From an uncultured Rhodanobacter sp. (lineage in GTDB: Bacteria; Pseudomonadota; Gammaproteobacteria; Xanthomonadales; Rhodanobacteraceae): 64,000 nt of DNA. A program made the translations under genes and the position numbers. The stretch is taken from NCBI GenBank assembly GCA_966211915.1, contig CBIHNO010000015.1:9857-73856 (forward strand). Direction: 5' to 3'. Shown piece after piece: positions 57,180 to 64,000 of this stretch (position 1 is the first letter of the stretch; every line of letters starts with the position of its first letter). The notes beneath the pieces are model-generated. The model ran no database searches and had not been told where the DNA came from. It was given only the letters and a program-made list of their open reading frames with translations.

Positions 57180-57530
57180 CTACAGCAACTCGATTCCAAA
57201 CCGCTTTACCAGCAGTGCAAACAGCCAGAAGCACACCACGGTGATCACCACGCAGGCCAGCAGCGTCGGCCAGAAGCCGAGGCGTGGCAGCAGCAGGGGA
57301 AAGGCCAGGAACATCGGCAACGTCGGCACGACATACCAGAACGTGTACCAGGCGTGGTTGGCGATTTTCGTCTGCGGCTGACGCTCGACGTACAGCCAGA
57401 TCAGCGCCAGTACGGTGACCAGCGGCAGCGCGGCGAGCAGGCCGCCGAGGCGGTCGCTGCGCTTGGCGACTTCGGAGACGAGCACGACGACGGCTGCGGT
57501 GATCAGGTACTTGGTGACTAGCCATCCCAT
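57180..57530 (-). CDS. DUF3147 family membrane protein
   Basis: KYLITAAVVVLVSEVAKRS, GGLLAALPLV, HAWYTFWYVVPTLPMFL. Confidence 0.85.
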   Translation of the reverse strand: MGWLVTKYLITAAVVVLVSEVAKRSDRLGGLLAALPLVTVLALIWLYVERQPQTKIANHAWYTFWYVVPTLPMFLAFPLLLPRLGFWPTLLACVVITVVCFWLFALLVKRFGIELL

Positions 57531-57554
57531 CGGTCGATTCCTTGGAAGTGTTGC

Positions 57555-58625
57555 TCAGTTGCCGCGCAGGATGCGCCCGTACGCGTGCACTTCGTCCACC
57601 AGGACTTTGACATGCTCGGGGTCGACTTCCGGCGTGATGCCGTGGCCGAGGTTGAACACGTGGCCGGGATGGTTGCCGTAGCTGTCGAGCACGGCGCGGG
57701 CTTCGCAGCGGATCACGTCGGGGTTGGCACGCATCACGGCGGGATCGAGGTTGCCTTGCAGGGCGACCTTGCCGGCGACGGCGCGGCGCGCGTCGGCAAG
57801 GTCGATCGTCCAGTCGATGCCGAGCGCGGAGCAGCCGGTGTCGGCCATTTCCGCCACATGTTGGCCAGCACCCTTGGAGAACAGGATCACCGGCAGCTCG
57901 CGGGCGTGCGGGTCGGCCTTCAGTGCATCGACAACGCGTGCCATGTAGCGCAGCGAGAATTCGCGGAACGGCGCGGGGCCGAGCAGGCCGCCCCAGGTGT
58001 CGAAGATCATCAGCGCTTGCGCGCCGGCAGCGGCCTGGGCGATCAGGTAGTGTGCGACGGATTGCGCCAGCGTATCGAGCAACTGATGCGCGAGCTTCGG
58101 TTCGTTCCAGCACATCGCCTTGAGCGTGGCGAAATCCTTCGAGCCCTGGCCTTCGACCATGTAGCAGGCCAGCGTCCACGGGCTGCCGGAGAAACCGATC
58201 AGCGGCACGCGGCCATGCAGCTCCCGGCGGATCAGCCGCACCGCGTCCATCACGTAGCGCAGTTCGCCGTCCATGTCGGGTACGGCGAGTTTCGCGATAT
58301 CGGCTGCCGTGCGCACCGGATGCGCGAACTGCGGGCCTTCGCCCTGCGCGAACGACAGGCCAAGGCCCATCGCGTCGGGGATGGTGAGGATGTCGGAGAA
58401 CAGGATCGCGGCGTCGAGTTCGAAGCGTTGCAGCGGCTGCAGGGTCACTTCGCAGGCGAACTCGGGGTTCTGTGCCAGGCCCATGAAGCTGCCGGCGCGC
58501 TCGCGCGTGGCGCGGTATTCCGGCAGGTAGCGGCCGGCCTGGCGCATCACCCAGATCGGTGTGGTGTCGGTGGGTTCGCGGCGCAGCGCGCGCAGGAAGC
58601 GATCGTTCTTCAGCGGGGTATTCAT
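57555..58625 (-). CDS. hemE: Uroporphyrinogen decarboxylase
   Basis: [46 protein letters not shown]. Confidence 0.97.
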   Translation of the reverse strand: MNTPLKNDRFLRALRREPTDTTPIWVMRQAGRYLPEYRATRERAGSFMGLAQNPEFACEVTLQPLQRFELDAAILFSDILTIPDAMGLGLSFAQGEGPQFAHPVRTAADIAKLAVPDMDGELRYVMDAVRLIRRELHGRVPLIGFSGSPWTLACYMVEGQGSKDFATLKAMCWNEPKLAHQLLDTLAQSVAHYLIAQAAAGAQALMIFDTWGGLLGPAPFREFSLRYMARVVDALKADPHARELPVILFSKGAGQHVAEMADTGCSALGIDWTIDLADARRAVAGKVALQGNLDPAVMRANPDVIRCEARAVLDSYGNHPGHVFNLGHGITPEVDPEHVKVLVDEVHAYGRILRGN

Positions 58626-58629
58626 CAAA

Positions 58630-58890
58630 TCAACGTCCGTACGGGCCTTCGAGGCCCTGGGCAAACATAAGGCGGAAACCGCGCTTGAGCTGGGCATCAC
58701 GCGCTTTCTCGAACGCGCTGACCGCCTCGTCGCGCTCCAGAAACTGCTCGCGCTTCATCGTTGCGCGGCCGCCCTGGGTACCGGATTCGCGATACAGCGT
58801 CCAGCCGCCAAGCAGATCCTGCTCCAGCGTGATCTGGACGTAGCGGGGTGCCTCGGTGCTGCCGGGCACGGTTTGCAGATAGAGGCGCAT
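58630..58890 (-). CDS. Stand-alone WGR domain protein
   Basis: [25 protein letters not shown] and C-terminal QLKRGF match the WGR pattern. Confidence 0.8.
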   Translation of the reverse strand: MRLYLQTVPGSTEAPRYVQITLEQDLLGGWTLYRESGTQGGRATMKREQFLERDEAVSAFEKARDAQLKRGFRLMFAQGLEGPYGR

Positions 58891-58992
58891 GGGTTCCGGA
58901 GGGACTGTGCGGCACGCCGCAAACTTGGGCATTCTAGAAGGCTGGCGGCCGCGTAGCGAGGGCGTTGACGTCGCAGGTGTGAGGTGGCCGCC

Positions 58993-60093
58993 TTACGGCG
59001 GGTTGGTCGCTGCCTGCAATGTCGCCAAAACGTCGGCTTCGGCAACACCCCCGACGATCTCGGCGCGGCCGATGCCACGCCACAGGATCAGTCGCAACAC
59101 GCCGGCCGTGTTCTTCTTGTCCAGCCGCATCAGCGCCAGCAGTTGCTGGGCATCCATGCCGGGCGGAATCGTCGTGGGCAGGCCAAGTTTTTCGAGCAGG
59201 CGTCGCAGGCGGGTGGTATCGGCAGCAACGCTCATGCCCAGCCGCTCGGACAGCTGCGCGGCCAGCAGCATGCCGATCGCCACGCCTTCGCCGTGGAGCA
59301 GGGTGGTGTAGTGGCCAGCGGTTTCCAGCGCATGGCCGAAGGTATGGCCGAGGTTGAGCAGGGCGCGTTCACCCTGTTCGGTTTCATCGCGGGCGACCAC
59401 GCCGGCCTTGTAGCGGACTTTGCGCGCGATCGCTTCCAGCACGGTGGCAGGGTCGCGGGCGGCAAGTGCGTCGGCATGCTGTTCCAGCCAGGCGAAGAAC
59501 GGTTCGTCGCCAATGGCTGCGCCCTTGATCACTTCGGCCAGTCCGGCGCGGTATTCGCGTGCGGGCAGGGTGGCCAGTGTGTCGATGTCGGCGATCACCG
59601 CGCGCGGCTGGTGGAACGCGCCAGCGAGGTTCTTGCCGACCGGCAGGTTGACGCCGGTCTTGCCGCCGACGGAGGAGTCGACCATCGCCAGCAAGGTGGT
59701 CGGCATCTGGATGAAGTCGATGCCACGCATCCAGCACGCCGCGCTGAAACCGGCGAGGTCCCCGACCACGCCGCCGCCCAGCGCGATCACGCAGGCATCG
59801 CGGGTGGCGCCGAGCTGGCCCAGTGCTTCCAGTGCGCGGCCGACGTTGGCGAAGCTCTTGTGGGCCTCGCCGTCGTCGAGCAGGAACGACGACCACTTCA
59901 GGCCATCCAGTCCTGTTTCGATGCGCGGCAGGTACAGCGGCGCCACCGTGGTATTGCTGATCACCAGTGCGTGCCTGCCGCGCAGCGTGGCGCGCCAGCG
60001 CGCGTGACCGGCGAGCAGGTCGCTGCCGATCCATACCGGATAGCTGCGTTGGCCGAGCGCAACGGTGATGGTCTGGAGTGCGGGGTTGTTCAT
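58993..60093 (-). CDS. aroB: 3-dehydroquinate synthase
   Basis: [43 protein letters not shown]. Confidence 0.97.
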   Translation of the reverse strand: MNNPALQTITVALGQRSYPVWIGSDLLAGHARWRATLRGRHALVISNTTVAPLYLPRIETGLDGLKWSSFLLDDGEAHKSFANVGRALEALGQLGATRDACVIALGGGVVGDLAGFSAACWMRGIDFIQMPTTLLAMVDSSVGGKTGVNLPVGKNLAGAFHQPRAVIADIDTLATLPAREYRAGLAEVIKGAAIGDEPFFAWLEQHADALAARDPATVLEAIARKVRYKAGVVARDETEQGERALLNLGHTFGHALETAGHYTTLLHGEGVAIGMLLAAQLSERLGMSVAADTTRLRRLLEKLGLPTTIPPGMDAQQLLALMRLDKKNTAGVLRLILWRGIGRAEIVGGVAEADVLATLQAATNPP

Positions 60094-60647
60094 GCGTTTT
60101 TCCGGGGCCATGCGGTGGATTGGCGCTGCCAGTGATGATCGATCAGCGCGATGCAGCGTTCGCTGGCGGCAGCGACGCTGCCGTGCTCGCCAGGCACGGC
60201 AAGGTCGGCGAGCTCGCGATAGATCGGTTCGCGGATCTGCGCCATCGCCTGCAGCCGTTCGCGTCGGTTCGGCACGGCCAGCAGCGGGCGGCGATGGTCG
60301 CGTTCCAGCCGTTCCAGTTGCTGCTCGATGGTGGTTTGCAGCCATACCACGTAGCCGCGTTCGATCAGGTGCTGCCGATTCTGTGCGGCCAGCACCACGC
60401 CGGCACCGGTCGCGAGCAGCACGCCGGAGCGCTGGCTGCACTCGTCCAGCAGCATGCTTTCGCGTTGACGGAAACCGGCCTCGCCCTCGATCTCGAACAC
60501 CGTGCTCACGTCGACGCCGCAATGCTGCTCGATCTCCTGGTCGAGATCGACGAACGAGAGTCCATAATGCGCAGCAAGCCGGCGCCCGATCGACGTCTTG
60601 CCGGCGCCGGTCGGGCCGATGATGAACAGGTTGCACGACGGATTCAT
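60090..60647 (-). CDS. aroK: Shikimate kinase
   Basis: [24 protein letters not shown] and RPLL motifs. ATGA overlap with aroB. Confidence 0.95.
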   Translation of the reverse strand: MNPSCNLFIIGPTGAGKTSIGRRLAAHYGLSFVDLDQEIEQHCGVDVSTVFEIEGEAGFRQRESMLLDECSQRSGVLLATGAGVVLAAQNRQHLIERGYVVWLQTTIEQQLERLERDHRRPLLAVPNRRERLQAMAQIREPIYRELADLAVPGEHGSVAAASERCIALIDHHWQRQSTAWPRKNA

Positions 60648-60693
60648 GGACAAATGCTAACAGGGCAGGTGCGACGTCTGTGGAGGGCGTGCG

Positions 60694-61530
60694 GTGGTGA
60701 GCGAACGGGTACTGCTGGCCGGTTGTGGCGACCTTGGCCTGCGCGTGGCGCAGCGACTGCGGGCGCGTGGCGATGAAGTGTGGGCGCTGCGGCGCCAGCC
60801 GCCGGCGTCGGGCGACAGCGGCATGCATTGGTTGCGTGGTGACCTGACCCAGCCGATGAGCCTGCGCGGATTGCCAGCCGGGGTCACCCAATTGGTCTAT
60901 CTGCCAACGCCGGATCGGCGCGATGCTGCCGCCTATCGAGCTACCTTCGTGGACGGCTTGCGCCATCTGCTCGATGCGCTCGGGCATGGCAGCTTGCAGC
61001 GCGTGCTGCTGGTGTCTTCCAGTGCGGTCTATGGCGAGCACGGCGGGGATTGGGTGGACGAAGACACGCCGCCGGCGCCGCCAGGATTCAACGGCGCGGC
61101 GTTGCTGGAAGCGGAGCAGTGGCTGGCCACGCAGGCATCGACTTCGATCGCGTTGCGGCTGGCCGGGCTGTACGGTCCCGGTCGCACGCAACTGCTGGAA
61201 CGTCTGCGCGCCGGACAGGTTGCGGTGCCGCGAACGTCGCCGCACTGGGCCAATCGCATCCATGTCGACGATGCCGCCGCGGCGATCGCGCATCTGTTGC
61301 AACTGACCGCTCCGCTGCCGCTGTATCTTGGCGTGGACAGCACGCCGTTGCCGCTCAATGTGTTGTACGACCATCTGGCCGGCTTGATCGGAGCGCCGCC
61401 GGCCGTTGACGGCCCGGCACCCGCCGGCATCGGCAGCAAGCGACTCAGCAATGCGCGCTTGCGCGACAGTGGTTTCGTGCCGCAATGGCCGGATGCGCGT
61501 GCAGGCTATGCGGCATTGCTCGATATCTGA
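60694..61530 (+). CDS. NAD-dependent epimerase/dehydratase (atypical SDR)
   Basis: [40 protein letters not shown] start after GGAGG. Confidence 0.85.
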   Translation: MVSERVLLAGCGDLGLRVAQRLRARGDEVWALRRQPPASGDSGMHWLRGDLTQPMSLRGLPAGVTQLVYLPTPDRRDAAAYRATFVDGLRHLLDALGHGSLQRVLLVSSSAVYGEHGGDWVDEDTPPAPPGFNGAALLEAEQWLATQASTSIALRLAGLYGPGRTQLLERLRAGQVAVPRTSPHWANRIHVDDAAAAIAHLLQLTAPLPLYLGVDSTPLPLNVLYDHLAGLIGAPPAVDGPAPAGIGSKRLSNARLRDSGFVPQWPDARAGYAALLDI

Positions 61531-61553
61531 ATCAATCAACATGGAGAATCGAT

Positions 61554-61898
61554 ATGGCCAACACCATCCCGCATCACCAGGTCAGCACGGGCAACGAGAT
61601 TCCCGGCTGCCGCATCGTGCGTTCGTTCGGAATAGTGCGCGGCATCACGGTGCGTTCGCGCAGCGTGGTCGGCAATCTCGGTGCGGCGTTGCAGACGATC
61701 GTCGGCGGCAATATCTCGATCTATACCGAGCTGTGCGAGAAGGCGCGCGAGGAAGCGTTCGAGCTGATGCTGCAGCACGCTGCTGCGATGGGTGCGAATG
61801 GCGTGGTGGCGATGCGCTACGACGCCAACGACGTGGCCCAGGGTGTCGCCGAGGTGCTCGCCTATGGCACGGCGGTGCAGGTGGAATCGTCAACATGA
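61554..61898 (+). CDS. ybjQ: YbjQ / UPF0145 family protein
   Basis: [31 protein letters not shown]. Confidence 0.9.
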   Translation: MANTIPHHQVSTGNEIPGCRIVRSFGIVRGITVRSRSVVGNLGAALQTIVGGNISIYTELCEKAREEAFELMLQHAAAMGANGVVAMRYDANDVAQGVAEVLAYGTAVQVESST

Positions 61899-62008
61899 TG
61901 TGATGACGCGGTGCGGCTTGTTGCGGCGGACGACTGCGGCGCAGACTCGGGCTTCAGGATGGGGAAGCGCAGCGTGCCGCTCGCACGATTGAACGGGAGA
62001 TTGACATC

Positions 62009-62212
62009 ATGTCGGTAGCCAAGGTCATCGAGATCAATGCTTCGTCCGCCAAGGGCGTGGAAGATGCCGTGCAGCACGGCTTGCGCAAGGCCGCGGAGTC
62101 GGTGAAGAACATCAAGGGCGCCTGGGTCAACGAGATCAAGGTGGTGACGTCGGACGACGGCACCGTGACGGAATGGCGGGTCAACATGAAGATCAACTTC
62201 GTCGTGACCTGA
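62009..62212 (+). CDS. Dodecin family flavin-binding protein
   Basis: 67 aa, SVAKVIEINASS, EDAVQHGL and WRVNMKINF pattern. Confidence 0.88.
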   Translation: MSVAKVIEINASSAKGVEDAVQHGLRKAAESVKNIKGAWVNEIKVVTSDDGTVTEWRVNMKINFVVT

Positions 62213-62285
62213 CCGGCTTCGCAGCTCGCGCCGGTTCCAGCAGCCGGTGCGAGCGAGTTCGTCGCGGACTGCTGCCGTGCCCGAC

Positions 62286-63113
62286 TCAGCCGTGGCTGAG
62301 TCCTGTCACGTGACGGTCGTTGTCGTATTCCACACAGGTGTCGGCCAGTGGCGGCAAGGTCGCCAGTGCGTGCCGACTGAGCCGCTCGAAGTGCGCCAGG
62401 AATCGTTCCATCGCTGCCGCATCCATCGCCAGCGGTGCGTGTCGTGCCAGCAGATCCAGTTCCTGCTCGCCGCGCCAGCGGCGCACGATCTCCCAGCTGG
62501 GTGCCTGCAGCACGATCAGCGCATCGAACTTGCGCCATAGCGGCTGATAGCCGCGCAACTGCTTGTTGACCCAGTGCCGCCAGCTGCCGTCGGGGTCTTC
62601 CTTGCGCTCCAGTTCGTTGACCGGTTTGGCCAGCGCGGCCTGCAGCTGCGGGCGGACACCCAGTGCCCAGCCTTCCACGATCACCAGCTTCGGCGGCCGT
62701 GTGATTCGCGGCCAGCGCGATGGCGAAAAACGCGTGTCGCGCCCCTTGTCGAAGCGCGGATGCGTCACCGGCAGCTTGTCCGAGGCGTAGGGCAATGCAG
62801 CCAGTACCGACAGTAGCAGTTCGATCTCGTGGGTGCCCGGCACGCCACGGCTGCGCAACAAGGGATGTATGTCGCGCGCCAGTGCTTCACGGTCGCTGCG
62901 GGCGTAATAGAAATCGTCCAGCGAAAGTACTTCGGTGGCCCAGCCGCGGGCTCCGGCCTGGGCTTTCATCACCCGCGCCAGGGTGCTCTTGCCACTGCCC
63001 TGCAGCCCGGACAAGCCGAGGATGTACGGCCGGCGCGAGCGGGCGATGCGCCCGGCGTACTGGTCCAGCAGATGGCCGGCGAGAGCCTCGTTCTGCATGT
63101 CGGCGTGGGACAT
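62286..63113 (-). CDS. P-loop kinase, D-glycerate 3-kinase (GLYK)-like
   Basis: GLQGSGKSTL Walker A, LSLDDFY, RGVPGTHE, FDKGRDTR, VEGW. Confidence 0.8.
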   Translation of the reverse strand: MSHADMQNEALAGHLLDQYAGRIARSRRPYILGLSGLQGSGKSTLARVMKAQAGARGWATEVLSLDDFYYARSDREALARDIHPLLRSRGVPGTHEIELLLSVLAALPYASDKLPVTHPRFDKGRDTRFSPSRWPRITRPPKLVIVEGWALGVRPQLQAALAKPVNELERKEDPDGSWRHWVNKQLRGYQPLWRKFDALIVLQAPSWEIVRRWRGEQELDLLARHAPLAMDAAAMERFLAHFERLSRHALATLPPLADTCVEYDNDRHVTGLSHG

Positions 63114-63363
63114 CATCCGCAAGATACCGTGGCTCCGGTAGGTATTTTCGCCACCGGCAGGTGGCAGTCGCGCAGTATCCCGCAAACCGGTGTGCTGCGA
63201 TCGTCTTCACGCTTCAGGGCGGAAAATGCTGTCGCCAGCCGTGCTGAAGTGAGACGTGCAGAAGTGTTACTGGATGAGTGGGGCATTGCACTATCATCGG
63301 TCAGGTTCATTTGCGCCATGATGGCGCGTGTCGGCCACGATGCAAAAGGAAAGTTTCAACACC

Positions 63364-63951
63364 ATGCTCAAACCCGAGATCCTGGACACCTTCCTGCGAC
63401 TGCTGGACGAAGCCAAGGCCAGCGGCGATCGCGAACCGACGGCGATGAACGTGGCCACCGTCGACGGCTCCGGCCGGGTCGCCTCGCGCATCGTGCTGCT
63501 CAAGGGCGCGGACGAACGCGGCTTCCGTTTCTATACCAACTACGAGAGCGACAAGGGCAGCCAGTTGGAGGTGCATCCGCAGGTCGCGTTGTGCTTCCAC
63601 TGGAAGCAGCTGCGTGATGGCGTGCAGGTGCGCGTGGAAGGCGTTGCGCGCAAATTGCAGGACGAGGAATCGGACGCCTATTTCGCCAGCCGCCCGCGCC
63701 AGAGCCAGATCGGTGCGTGGGCTTCACTGCAGTCGCAGACGCTGCCGGATCGCGACACGTTCGAGCAGCGGGTGGCGCGTTTCGAGCATCAGTTCGACGG
63801 CCACGAGGTGACCCGGCCACCGCACTGGGGCGGCTACGTGGTAGAGCCGGACATGCTGGAGTTCTGGTACGGCGCCGAGTTCCGCATGCACGAGCGCGTG
63901 CGCTGGGACCGCCATGGCCAGACCTGGACGAGCCGGCTGCTGTATCCATGA
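63364..63951 (+). CDS. pdxH: Pyridoxine/pyridoxamine 5'-phosphate oxidase
   Basis: RIVLLKG, FYTNYES.KG, YFASRPRQSQIGAWAS, WGGY, EFW, RLLYP. Upstream ATGs at 63328 and 63340 are alternative starts. Confidence 0.95.
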   Translation: MLKPEILDTFLRLLDEAKASGDREPTAMNVATVDGSGRVASRIVLLKGADERGFRFYTNYESDKGSQLEVHPQVALCFHWKQLRDGVQVRVEGVARKLQDEESDAYFASRPRQSQIGAWASLQSQTLPDRDTFEQRVARFEHQFDGHEVTRPPHWGGYVVEPDMLEFWYGAEFRMHERVRWDRHGQTWTSRLLYP

Positions 63952-64000
63952 CCCGGTCGCTGCCCGCGGAACATGTCGCGCAGGGCGGTTTCACCGTGCA
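63948..64000 (+). CDS. Possible start of the next gene (truncated by window edge)
   Basis: ATGA overlap with the pdxH stop, then MTRSLPAEHVAQGGFTV open to the edge. Too short to identify. Confidence 0.35.
   Translation, partial: MTRSLPAEHVAQGGFTV

Noticed and set aside
58993-61542. 849-aa ORF that looks like an AroB fusion
   Set aside because: The extension runs through aroK in another frame and antisense to the epimerase. AroB starts at 60093.

Overview
High-GC gammaproteobacterial chromosome segment. Gene content, gene order and protein style point to Xanthomonadales/Lysobacterales, most likely Rhodanobacteraceae (inference). Most of the window is conserved core genome: mrcB (partial) plus a TPR lipoprotein, dinG/yoaA, a lepB paralog, creD-tsaB, yeiH/yeiE, the kdsD-kdsC-lptCAB-rpoN-hpf-hprK-rapZ-EIIA-HPr-EI cluster, bolA-murA, purMN-DUF2066-AI-2E-hda, suhB/trmJ, a CBS hemolysin-family gene, DUF47-pit, atl-recQ, ybaL, a sugar porter with a LacI regulator, then hemE, aroKB, dodecin, a GLYK-like kinase and pdxH. 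An accessory block at about 42.5-57.5 kb encodes LysR and AraC regulators, three SDRs, exported enzymes (epoxide-hydrolase-type hydrolase, catalase-related peroxidase, cupin, patatin lipoprotein), an AhpD/CMD protein, a tripartite efflux pump, an orphan antitoxin-like domain and two frameshifted pseudogenes. The best candidate for an undescribed system is in this block: three promoter regions share an identically spaced signature (7-bp box, N13, 7-bp AAG box, N20, -10-like hexamer), suggesting a single AraC-type regulon for periplasmic detoxification. Other signals read from the sequence: a sigmaE-type promoter upstream of an orphan membrane protein, a Pho box upstream of DUF47-pit, a 24-bp LacI-type operator, a REPIN-like doublet, inverted heptamer arrays between HPr and EI, and a possible degenerate attC. 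I recognised no rRNA, tRNA, CRISPR array, transposase or integrase. All family assignments come from motif recognition, not database searches.
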